Source: a virus. Taken from it: a DNA stretch of 64,000 nucleotides. This document shows, piece after piece, positions 29,097-37,689 of the stretch. Position 1 is the first letter of the stretch, and each line of letters begins with the position of its first letter. Under the pieces are notes generated by a model that worked only from the letters and a program-made list of their open reading frames with translations, was not told the DNA's origin and made no database searches. A program made the translations under genes and the position numbers. Where the stretch lies: positions 1 to 64,000 of IMG/VR virus record IMGVR_UViG_3300035698_011044. One strand, 5' to 3'.

Positions 29097-29844
29097 GCGG
29101 ATCTCCTTGGATCTTCTTATACGGTTCTTTTGCTTTAATTCTCCACGTGCAGTTTGACTGCTCTCCACCTGGCCTTTTGTGTTCAGACAAATTGTTCAGC
29201 CCATTATAGCAATATAATATATCTTCAACGAACCTTGAGTGTTCATGTCCAGCCATTTCGATTACAGGAGCCATGATTGCCAAATCTCCAGCCATTGGAT
29301 AAAACTCACCATTTTCATCAATCAGGTCTTCAGGCTTGATTAGCCTAAACAGCCACACCCTAAACGTCCTCAAGTGAGATATGAGCCATGGCTTGTTAAC
29401 ATCCCTAGCGTCCGCAAGATCTTCCTGCAGTGCAGCCCACCCAACAGCAACACCGCTTCTTTCTGTGTAAATCTCATAGCTTCCGTAAGAAGTCCACACT
29501 TTAGGATCACTATAGATCTGCTGCACTCTATCAAAAACATTGTTGTGTGGCAACCAATCATCACCATCGACGTTTATGCAGATATCTTCCGGGCGGATCT
29601 CTGGGCGATTTAATGTGTGATAATAATTACCTGCGACAAATCTCTTCTCTGTGTTTTGAATGAAGACGAATCTCCCATCAGTATCCGCAAACACCTTAAT
29701 CTTCTGAGGAGTTTCGTCAACAGAGAGGTCGTCTATAATATAACACACCCAATCTTCAACGCTCTGAGACTTGATTGACTCGAGACATCTCTCGATATAA
29801 TCTTCGCAATTCCAGCAAGTAGTTACTATTCTGAGCATTTGCAT
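29083..29844 (-). CDS. Glycosyltransferase family 2 (paralog B)
   Basis: IDDLSVD, INVDGDDW, SHLRTF, AGDLAIM motifs. Confidence 0.85.
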   Translation of the reverse strand: MQMLRIVTTCWNCEDYIERCLESIKSQSVEDWVCYIIDDLSVDETPQKIKVFADTDGRFVFIQNTEKRFVAGNYYHTLNRPEIRPEDICINVDGDDWLPHNNVFDRVQQIYSDPKVWTSYGSYEIYTERSGVAVGWAALQEDLADARDVNKPWLISHLRTFRVWLFRLIKPEDLIDENGEFYPMAGDLAIMAPVIEMAGHEHSRFVEDILYCYNGLNNLSEHKRPGGEQSNCTWRIKAKEPYKKIQGDPHGKD

Positions 29845-30575
29845 TTCAACTTTCTGTACTGAGGCTTCTCTTTTATCTTCCAGCCGAGCCGCATCTGCAG
29901 CTTCTTGTTTTTGTTCCAGTCTGACACTGGATTATCAGCTCGGTATTTATATAACACCTCTTTAATGAACTTTGAATTTTCCAAGCCAGCCATCTCAAGC
30001 ATTGGTATCATTATTGCAAGATCTCCAGCCATTGGATACCAAATTCCATCGGACCCTATAAGGTCTTCCCGTTTAATCTTCCTGAAGAGCCAGGTTTTAA
30101 ATGTCCTGAGATGAGACGCATTCCAGTTTTTGTTTGGATCTCTGAGATCATCAATACTCTCGATCTGCTTGGAATTTCCACGAATGATATTGTTCGGTTC
30201 CGCAATGCAGTCAAAGCTACCGTAAGTAATCCATACATCAGGATCTTCGTATTCTCGTAGCACAACTCCAAGAACACCATTGTGGGCAAGAGAGTCGTCG
30301 CCATCCACGTTGATACAAATATCCTCTGGATGGAACTGAGAGAGATGAACTACAGAATAACAGTTTCCTGGAACATAAAGTTTTCGGTAATTTGAAAGAA
30401 CTGAAAATCGAGAATCATCCTTAGTCAGCTCTCGCGCCCGCTCCCATGTTCTGTCTGTAGACATGTCGTCAAGAATGTAGCACTCCCACTCCTGGACAGT
30501 CTGAGCTTTAATGGAGATAATGCACTGCTCTATATATCGAACACAGTTCCAGCATGGAACAATTATCCTTATCAC
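29826..30575 (-). CDS. Glycosyltransferase family 2 (paralog A)
   Basis: LDDMSTD, INVDGDDS, SHLRTF, AGDLAIM motifs. Confidence 0.85.
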   Translation of the reverse strand: MIRIIVPCWNCVRYIEQCIISIKAQTVQEWECYILDDMSTDRTWERARELTKDDSRFSVLSNYRKLYVPGNCYSVVHLSQFHPEDICINVDGDDSLAHNGVLGVVLREYEDPDVWITYGSFDCIAEPNNIIRGNSKQIESIDDLRDPNKNWNASHLRTFKTWLFRKIKREDLIGSDGIWYPMAGDLAIMIPMLEMAGLENSKFIKEVLYKYRADNPVSDWNKNKKLQMRLGWKIKEKPQYRKLKCKCSE

Positions 30576-31570
30576 ACGTATCTCCTTATCAATTTTCCGA
30601 AAGAAGAGTTGTCACAGAATCTTCCCGCAGCTATACTCATAATAAACAGGTGGTGAGTTTTGTACATTGCGAACGCTTCCTCCAGCCCCTCAAGGATTGA
30701 AGATGGCATGGTGTTTTTTAGCATCACGCCGGTTTTCCCTGGAGTCATTGTCGCAGCAGCTCCACCGCTCGGAGTCATTACCGGAATGCACCCGCATCTT
30801 TGAGCTTCAACGCTCGCGAGAGAGAATGATTCCTGCTGAGAAGGGATGCAAAGAACTTGGTGCTGCGCATATATGTCTGGCATGTCTTCGTTTTTTATTT
30901 CTCCCCAGAACACAATGCGATCTGACTCAAATTCCTTCTTAAGCGTGTCGAGATATTCAGTAGATGTCTCATTCCATAAGTCAGGACTTCCGTAAATATC
31001 GAGAATGCAATCCAGATTTCGGGCTGCCATGCAAAGACGATCAATATTTTTAGTTGGATAAATTGCCCCCGCATACATAATGCTCCTGGGAGAAGAGCTC
31101 CTGCCGCGAAATCGAAAAGTGCTTGGATCCACGAAGTGAGGAATGACCCAGATCATCTCTCGCGGGAACTTGAATGATAGAATGTTGTTTGCGTGAGTAT
31201 CACTGAGTGTTACAAAGACATCAAACTTAGCCATATCCTTAACGGTTTCTTTCCCAGGATTCCAACAGTTGAAATATCTCACCCATATCTGGTGTCGCTG
31301 CTTCCTGAGAGGAACGCCTATTGGATAAGAGGCGAAGACAATCACGTCGTAATGGCTGTAGTCATCCGGATTCGTCATATACTTCTGCAGGTGATGGTCT
31401 TGAACAGTCTCGTTCTTCCTTGTAGATTTGCCTGTTATAGTTACGTCGTACCCCAACTTCTTGCATGACTCAGCAGCGTTAAACACTGCCACACAGCTTC
31501 CGCCGTACGCTCTCCCAGAATTGTGCATCCCGTCATAGTAGAATAGAATGTGTGGATTGTCGCCTCTCAT
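30572..31570 (-). CDS. Glycosyltransferase family 4 (GT-B)
   Basis: IMYAGAIYPTKN and ESFSLASVEAQRCG (EX7E) motifs. Confidence 0.85.
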   Translation of the reverse strand: MRGDNPHILFYYDGMHNSGRAYGGSCVAVFNAAESCKKLGYDVTITGKSTRKNETVQDHHLQKYMTNPDDYSHYDVIVFASYPIGVPLRKQRHQIWVRYFNCWNPGKETVKDMAKFDVFVTLSDTHANNILSFKFPREMIWVIPHFVDPSTFRFRGRSSSPRSIMYAGAIYPTKNIDRLCMAARNLDCILDIYGSPDLWNETSTEYLDTLKKEFESDRIVFWGEIKNEDMPDIYAQHQVLCIPSQQESFSLASVEAQRCGCIPVMTPSGGAAATMTPGKTGVMLKNTMPSSILEGLEEAFAMYKTHHLFIMSIAAGRFCDNSSFGKLIRRYV

Positions 31571-31742
31571 GCTATTGCTTTAACCTCTCCTTAAAAGAGG
31601 CGCACTCAACCGACGCAGGGAGGAATAGTAGTACCTGCGTGTAGAACGGTATTATTGTGCGCCGAGTCATTCGTTGTCCAAAGGATGGACAATCCCTTTT
31701 AGCTCATCAAAGACTTGATCCTTGAGACCTTGAGAGATTTCA

Positions 31743-32219
31743 TCACGCCTCCCACTTAGTATCGTCAATAACTTTCCCGCCCACGGTTATAACCTGCTTC
31801 TCAACAAACTCACTGAGCTTCTCATACTTCACTTTGAAGCCCCAAAAGAAGAACATCCTGCGCAAAACCACAATTGGCTTAACAAATATAAAGCTCAGTA
31901 TCAGAGCCACCACCTCAAATGGAAGATAGAACAAGGATGTAAATGCGTTCTTGGGAGCAAGTTTATAGATGAACACTGGAGGCAGTAGTCCAATGATGAA
32001 GCGCCACATGTTCAGATACCAGGCTGGAGCTACATTGCGGGAAAGATACTGTGCCCATTTGGGAACGTGTTTCAATCTGAGTGGCTCGGCGTGGGCCTGC
32101 ATTTTCTTGCGAGCAGCTTCATGCCGGAGATTTCTCTGCCGGTCCAGCTCTGCTCTGTATCGGTCTTCGTGGCCAAGATCTTTCATGCGCTTCCTCTTCA
32201 TTGCTCTGTTTGGTTTCAT
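31743..32219 (-). CDS. Putative membrane protein
   Basis: 158 aa with a basic N-terminus and hydrophobic segments. Confidence 0.55.
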   Translation of the reverse strand: MKPNRAMKRKRMKDLGHEDRYRAELDRQRNLRHEAARKKMQAHAEPLRLKHVPKWAQYLSRNVAPAWYLNMWRFIIGLLPPVFIYKLAPKNAFTSLFYLPFEVVALILSFIFVKPIVVLRRMFFFWGFKVKYEKLSEFVEKQVITVGGKVIDDTKWEA

Positions 32220-32756
32220 TTATTCCTCTTTGGTAATTAGTTCTGGATGCTCTATATTCTCCAATAGAAACACACAAAACTCTCTGATTATATAAAGTTT
32301 GTGATTGCTTCTCTGCTTGATTATGTTGAAGATATTCTTGTAGTTCAGCTTCCAGATACGAGTCTGCAGGAACCCCTCCGGCAACTTCCGCTTCAGTCTA
32401 ATGAAGTCATTTTCCTTAATTAGATGGTTAAGCATTGACAGATACCGTGCGGAAATATCTCCAGCCTCAAAATTCTCTGCAGTCAATGGACCCTTCATAA
32501 TTGTATGATTAGTGCTCTCAGACTGCTTTGAAGTCAAGCGATAAGTATCAAAGTCCTGCCACACATACCTGGGAACCCGAACCTCTACCCAAACATCGAT
32601 GCTCTCCAGGAACTTGTTGTGCCCGTAGTCATGAAATGCCAGTTTCTCTGCAACCGATGGCATCTTGTCTTCTGGTTGATTCTTATTTAGAGAGATACCC
32701 TTTAATGCAGGGAGATATCCAGCCTCTTCTAATATTTTGAATTTGTGTCCACGCAT
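32220..32756 (-). CDS. Divergent ThyX/Thy1-like flavoprotein
   Basis: GHNKFLESI.V.V...PRY.WQDFDTYR...SEST.H and LPEG...NY...QRSNHKL resemble the ThyX fold but lack canonical RHRX7S. Confidence 0.55.
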   Translation of the reverse strand: MRGHKFKILEEAGYLPALKGISLNKNQPEDKMPSVAEKLAFHDYGHNKFLESIDVWVEVRVPRYVWQDFDTYRLTSKQSESTNHTIMKGPLTAENFEAGDISARYLSMLNHLIKENDFIRLKRKLPEGFLQTRIWKLNYKNIFNIIKQRSNHKLYIIREFCVFLLENIEHPELITKEE

Positions 32757-32771
32757 GTTGTTCTGTTCCTT

Positions 32772-33263
32772 TTAAAGTTCGACTTTTTCGTAAGTCTGCT
32801 TAAAGATATCTGGTTTGCATGGGTAATACTCACCCTTCACTCCAGTTATAATGAAATCTCCAGGACAGACGACGTGTCCACCCTCTAGGGTATCTATATC
32901 ATTAAGAGATAAAAGCTTGCCAGAATCACTACAACCCGAAAGCACTCTCTTCCGTAATCTACGTACATTGATACCTGTTAATTCAGACCATTCTGATACG
33001 GACCTAGTTACACCATTATGGGTAATTCTAATAGTGGAGCTCTTATTACGAGCCTGCTCAGTCTTAGTTGCCCATTTGCAATTATCTTTATAATAGCCCT
33101 TATTGTTATCAATACGCTCTATAGAATAATTGGATCCTGGGCGAGACCCCATATCTCTAAAAAAAGACTCAAAACTATTCATCCAATCAGGGCATATGAC
33201 TACACCTCTACCTCCGTACCTATCAAAGAACTCACTGTTTGGGTTAGTTGTCCTAGTCTTCAT
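32772..33263 (-). CDS. HNH endonuclease-like domain fused to a TLEG/PGD phage domain
   Basis: RYGGRG...SIERIDNNKGY...NCKWAT; C-terminal IDTLEG..CPGDFIITGVKGEYYPCKPDIF. Confidence 0.7.
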   Translation of the reverse strand: MKTRTTNPNSEFFDRYGGRGVVICPDWMNSFESFFRDMGSRPGSNYSIERIDNNKGYYKDNCKWATKTEQARNKSSTIRITHNGVTRSVSEWSELTGINVRRLRKRVLSGCSDSGKLLSLNDIDTLEGGHVVCPGDFIITGVKGEYYPCKPDIFKQTYEKVEL

Positions 33264-33296
33264 AGATTCCCAACAGACATATTCAGGGCTATCATC

Positions 33297-33764
33297 CTAA
33301 CAAGGGTATTCGTTTTGCAATAAATACCCCTCAAGCTGCCAGATCTTATCCCGAGCATTCTTGAATGCGATTTTATTCCCGATATCCTGGTCAAAGTTCT
33401 CTGGAGAAACACAAGCACTCTCACCACGAACAGTGTAACCGTTCTGAAGAGTGATCTCGCAAATTACACACTTCTTCGATGGGAGGTTGGTGTAAGTTGT
33501 GTCGGCGATTTTCTTGTCGATATCGAGGGGGGTCAGGCGTGGAGCATTGAGCCCCTTCTCCTGGATTTGCTGCTCAATGTTTTCTTCTGTACTCATATCT
33601 ATTCCTTTGGTTTGAGACTCACTGACTACTGTTAATATGTCTAAGTTTTCTGATACCGGCACTAATTTCGTTGTGCGGCCACTTGTTGTAACATAGTACT
33701 CTATAGGCTTTATTTTCTTCTCCACCATAAAAGCTGCCATTTTTCTTAGCGACGCTGTATCCAT
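33297..33764 (-). CDS. N4 gp49 / Sf6 gp66 family protein (candidate nucleotide-signal sponge); internal start at 33596
   Basis: LQNGYTVRGESACVSPENFDQDIG...ARDKIWQLEGYLL signature; AAGGAATAG RBS before ATG at 33596. Confidence 0.75.
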   Translation of the reverse strand: MDTASLRKMAAFMVEKKIKPIEYYVTTSGRTTKLVPVSENLDILTVVSESQTKGIDMSTEENIEQQIQEKGLNAPRLTPLDIDKKIADTTYTNLPSKKCVICEITLQNGYTVRGESACVSPENFDQDIGNKIAFKNARDKIWQLEGYLLQNEYPC

Positions 33765-34033
33765 TATCTAAACACAGTCTTCATTGGAGGTTCCCAGAAC
33801 GGATCCACGTCAGCTTTAATCTGCACCGCCGGAAATCTCTTGCTCTTCTCCGCAACTTCAGCATCACGCTTCAACTTCTCTTCTGCACGCTTCTTCTTGC
33901 GCTCCATCTCGGAATCATCGCTCCAATCAATGTTCTCGAAGTTCTTGTCGAATACCTCGTGATCAATATTGAGAGCAGTTTCCGGACGTGAAACAGTGCG
34001 GATAACGCGCTTAACGCTCTTCTTGTCTGACAT
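33764..34033 (-). CDS. Hypothetical protein
   Basis: 89 aa, GGGAG RBS. Confidence 0.6.
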   Translation of the reverse strand: MSDKKSVKRVIRTVSRPETALNIDHEVFDKNFENIDWSDDSEMERKKKRAEEKLKRDAEVAEKSKRFPAVQIKADVDPFWEPPMKTVFR

Positions 34034-34133
34034 AATTTCTCCCTGAAGCTTTCACTCTTCTATTCCGTTTAAGAGCGGGCAGTGGCCAATGTTTTTACGG
34101 TCGCACTGCCCTTTACTGAATTAGCATACAAAT

Positions 34134-34162
34134 AATATAATAGCACGTTTTGTTATTGGCAA
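34134..34162 (-). promoter_or_regulatory. Sigma70-type promoter upstream of the accessory/glycan island
   Basis: TTGCCA-17 bp-TATATT on the minus strand in an intergenic gap. Confidence 0.6.
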
Positions 34163-34198
34163 TCTCTTTCTTAATTTTTAATAAGAGACTGCCAACAA

Positions 34199-34387
34199 CT
34201 ACATTTTTCCCATGGTAGTCTTAGCCTTGCCCGCCTGCTTGTACGCCATTGCTGAGGCTATATCGCGAGCGTGCTTATCGGATCTCGGAGTAATGTTTCC
34301 GATACGACCAGTAGACTTGTAGCCATTGAGAATCTCTTCGATGTTACCCTGAATGGTCTGGGTAGACTGTCCTTTCGCTAATGGCAT
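34199..34387 (-). CDS. Small conserved phage protein
   Basis: MPLAKGQS...NIEE...IASAMAY pattern, common near packaging genes. Confidence 0.6.
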   Translation of the reverse strand: MPLAKGQSTQTIQGNIEEILNGYKSTGRIGNITPRSDKHARDIASAMAYKQAGKAKTTMGKM

Positions 34388-35082
34388 TATGCGCCTCCAT
34401 ATTTATAACGGGACATCCCATTACGTTTTCCTGCATACTGAGCTCGAGGTGACCTACCGCCGATTGTCTGGAACTGAGCACTGTCACCTGAAGTGGTAGA
34501 TGGAGCGCTATATCTATTCTTGATCCTGCCAAGAGCCCGTCCGTTTTCTGCGACATTGGCTGGGGAGGCGTTCTTTGCTGCTTGCTCGGCATAATACTTC
34601 TCTTTAGCAGCTTGTTGTCCAGCACTTCCGCCAGCCGACCTCATTCCAGCAGTAGCGCTACTTGCCATCCCTTGACTTGTGTTCATCTTGCCCTGCTGCC
34701 CAGAGGCTTTGGCTTGGGAAGTTTTTATCGCAGCCTCTTTGGCCCTAGACGCTGCAATAGACTTAGCCCTTGCCTCTTGTTGCCCTGCACTTCCCCTAGC
34801 ATGGCCAACGCCAGCAGAAGCGTTGCTTGCCATACCCTGATTGATATTCATCTTACCTTGCCGAGCAGAAGCTTTTGCCTGAGAAGCTTTCTTTTCGGAG
34901 ATACGATCTTCCATCGGTTTAAGTGCAGACATCTGAGCCTGCCTCTTTTCGGCCATCTGAGTCTGTCTGTCTGCTTGAGTATTATTCATCCCACCATACC
35001 GGCTCTGCATTTGAGCCCTGTTTTCATTTGAGTCAGTTCTACCTGCCTGAGAACTGCCTGCTTTTCTTCTGCCGTACATCAT
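34387..35082 (-). CDS. Low-complexity basic Ala/Gln/Gly-rich protein with internal duplication
   Basis: 231 aa; two copies of SQAKASxxQGKMNxxQGMASxAxAG...GSAGQQ. Confidence 0.65.
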   Translation of the reverse strand: MMYGRRKAGSSQAGRTDSNENRAQMQSRYGGMNNTQADRQTQMAEKRQAQMSALKPMEDRISEKKASQAKASARQGKMNINQGMASNASAGVGHARGSAGQQEARAKSIAASRAKEAAIKTSQAKASGQQGKMNTSQGMASSATAGMRSAGGSAGQQAAKEKYYAEQAAKNASPANVAENGRALGRIKNRYSAPSTTSGDSAQFQTIGGRSPRAQYAGKRNGMSRYKYGGA

Positions 35083-35107
35083 AACTGTCTCCCATTGAAG
35101 TCTAAAT

Positions 35108-37171
35108 TTAAGTCATCCATCCACTGCCGGAGGACGCATTACTAACACCTCTCTCAGCCTGAGCTACTTCTCTCCACCGTCCTGCTGCGGTTTGTGCTGC
35201 GAGATTCTTGAGATACCTCGTGTGTTCATTGGAGTAATTTTTCATCTTATGCTGCCGAGGAGACATTCTGCCGGTCTCCCAGAGAGATGAGACGATATTA
35301 CTGAGCGCCCTGCACAATCCATGTCCCGGGGCTGGTTTGTTGCGCTCCATTGTCCAAGAACTCATTTGCCGAGAAAGCTTCTGACACTTTGCGTGTATTA
35401 CAAGCTTCTTCCTGGAGAGTAATCTGCTAACATAAGTAATGGATCCAAGTTCATCGTATTTATGGTTAGGTCTCAGATTATACTTCAGCTTCCGGTATGC
35501 AGACCGAGTATCACCTCCGGCCTTTCCAAACATCTTCGGGCTACCATACCACTCGAAAGCTCTCATATCTCTTAATATACCATTGGTATCTGCTTTTAGC
35601 ATCTCTGTAAGTGCAACAGCCGTAATTTGTGGCCGAGTAGTTCCAGAGACATATTCATCAAAAACAACGAGCCTTCCAGTTTTAGCCGTCCAAAGCATGA
35701 AGAGAACGCTGGTTGAGTAGTCGTCGTCAATCCACTCGCTGCAGAGGAGAATAGTCCGGTCATCGAGCCCCTCCCATCCAATATTAAATTCTGCAGTTTC
35801 CCCACGGTACTCCTTAAAGATTCGCTTCTCCAACTTCAAAATCTTATTCCCGCCCGATACCGCATCCACGCCATCACGTTTTCCAAATGGGAACGCTACG
35901 CACTGCGCAATGAAAGCCTTGTTCCAATTAGCACGAAGGAGATACACTCCTCCCTGTTCAGCAAGTGCATTCCATGGCCTAGCCCTCTCCACCTTTTTAC
36001 CGCTCGGAGGATCCCCGATAACAATTCTGTCCGCCAACACATTCCTGGTGTAATGATCTGTCACGAATTTTCCGGAAGAACCTTTCTCCTCCTCGATTGC
36101 GACTCTGACATCCGGCCCATCCATATCTGCACAGGCTCGAACCTTCTTCTCTGTATTCGCTGGCAACTCTTTGAACATGGTGATATCTGCAATATAGAGG
36201 TTTGCCCCCTGATACCCCACGAGGGCCCCTGCAGTGAAGTCTGGATCATTATCCTCCTTCTCTTCGGTTGCAGCGAAATCCCAGTACCTGAGCCATTCTA
36301 CGCCGTCTGGGAGTATGTCTAGGTATTTGAACCACTCAGCTCTGAACATTCCCTTCTTGGAAGAGATATTCCAGTTACCTTTGAGTAGTTGTTCACGAGT
36401 AACTGCATCCTGCATTGATAATTTTCTAGCGTAGTCAGCATCACCCTCTGGATTATCAGAGAGTAGCGCTGGAATAAACGTGAATGAATAAGGAGGAAAT
36501 CCCTCTTCATCGATGAAATCTTTATCTACCCATGTAATTATGTCGTCCACAACGACAAAGTATCGAACAACCCCACTCCGCTCTGCAATCGGATAACCAT
36601 TTTCGCCAATCCACCAATCAACGAGAGTTCTTACCCAGCCACCAATTGGATCCTCTTCCTCCCCGCTGGTTGGATTGCAAGTAGCTCGGGTATAACATTT
36701 TCGGTCATACCCATTCGCCTGCCTATTCCTGGTGAGGAGATAAAAGAACATCTTCCTGGTAAAGTGAGTAAGCTCATCAAATCCGAGAAAGGCAATCTGA
36801 TCTCCCTGGTGATCGATTGTATTCTTCTCATGTTCGAGATGTGAGAATGATATCTCTGAGCCCGAAGGAAATCTCCACTTGAGTCTGTTCTCAACCGGCA
36901 CTCCTCCTTGAGTAGGAAATAACTGCATAGAAGTATCCCAGAGTCCACCTGAGCTTGTTACTTGCTTACCGGTTCTCCTGAAGATCGTTGCAGTGAATCG
37001 TGGATGACTAACGTGTCGAAGTGGATCCAGAAGCATAGCATAAGATTTTCCCCCGCCGGCAGCCCCGCCATATAGCACAAAATCTGCCTTCGACTCCAGG
37101 AATTTAGTCTGGGGTCCAGGGTTTGCCCTGATCACATTATAAGTAACTCCGTCTATTACTTCGAGGGGCAT
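35108..37171 (-). CDS. terL: Terminase large subunit
   Basis: Walker A YGGAAGGGKS, Walker B GFDELTHF, coupling RATCNP, nuclease WDFA...DGVDA. Confidence 0.93.
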   Translation of the reverse strand: MPLEVIDGVTYNVIRANPGPQTKFLESKADFVLYGGAAGGGKSYAMLLDPLRHVSHPRFTATIFRRTGKQVTSSGGLWDTSMQLFPTQGGVPVENRLKWRFPSGSEISFSHLEHEKNTIDHQGDQIAFLGFDELTHFTRKMFFYLLTRNRQANGYDRKCYTRATCNPTSGEEEDPIGGWVRTLVDWWIGENGYPIAERSGVVRYFVVVDDIITWVDKDFIDEEGFPPYSFTFIPALLSDNPEGDADYARKLSMQDAVTREQLLKGNWNISSKKGMFRAEWFKYLDILPDGVEWLRYWDFAATEEKEDNDPDFTAGALVGYQGANLYIADITMFKELPANTEKKVRACADMDGPDVRVAIEEEKGSSGKFVTDHYTRNVLADRIVIGDPPSGKKVERARPWNALAEQGGVYLLRANWNKAFIAQCVAFPFGKRDGVDAVSGGNKILKLEKRIFKEYRGETAEFNIGWEGLDDRTILLCSEWIDDDYSTSVLFMLWTAKTGRLVVFDEYVSGTTRPQITAVALTEMLKADTNGILRDMRAFEWYGSPKMFGKAGGDTRSAYRKLKYNLRPNHKYDELGSITYVSRLLSRKKLVIHAKCQKLSRQMSSWTMERNKPAPGHGLCRALSNIVSSLWETGRMSPRQHKMKNYSNEHTRYLKNLAAQTAAGRWREVAQAERGVSNASSGSGWMT

Positions 37172-37689
37172 GGCGCTGGTTTCTCTGTCCCGTTAGAAGG
37201 AAGCATGATAAGTGTCTGGATTCCAGCAGATCCATCCGAGCTGGTAATATCGACAGCCTTCTTGGATGGAGCCAGTGCGCCCGCCATCTCATTGTAGATC
37301 TTAATGAAGCCCTTGTCTCCAGCAGCAACTCCCTCTACAACCTTCTTGATAACATCCCCAGGAGGAAGACCCTGCTTCGCAAACATTTCTACAGTGAAGT
37401 TCTCGTAAGCGTGCTGGATTTTCTCTTTGTTGACAGCCTTCCCCCACTTGTCTCTCACGCCTCGCTTCTTAATGGCAGAAAGAGATGGACAGACTTTCAT
37501 CACTTTAGAACAAGCTTGGTGCAACAGCCTAAAGCTCGCAAAAGATCCAGATTCATAGTACGACTTGAGTAATGCCCACTCCTGTTCTGTGTACTTTAAT
37601 CCAGATGACCTCCGCTGCTTCTTGGGTTCCTCAGTCTTCTTAGCGACTTTCTTCTTCGGCCCTTTTACTGGGCTCCTCTTCGTTGCCAT
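37156..37689 (-). CDS. Terminase small subunit (putative)
   Basis: 177 aa overlapping the terL start; HTH-like N-terminus, KAVDITSSDG...IMLPSNG C-terminus. Confidence 0.65.
   Translation of the reverse strand: MATKRSPVKGPKKKVAKKTEEPKKQRRSSGLKYTEQEWALLKSYYESGSFASFRLLHQACSKVMKVCPSLSAIKKRGVRDKWGKAVNKEKIQHAYENFTVEMFAKQGLPPGDVIKKVVEGVAAGDKGFIKIYNEMAGALAPSKKAVDITSSDGSAGIQTLIMLPSNGTEKPAPCPSK

Noticed and set aside
13633-31570. Island as a captured bacterial O-antigen/capsule locus or serotype-conversion (gtr) cassette
   Set aside because: No flippase, polymerase, initiating transferase or NDP-sugar enzymes seen; genes are interleaved with phage-type mini-ORFs and share the phage RBS style (not fully excluded)
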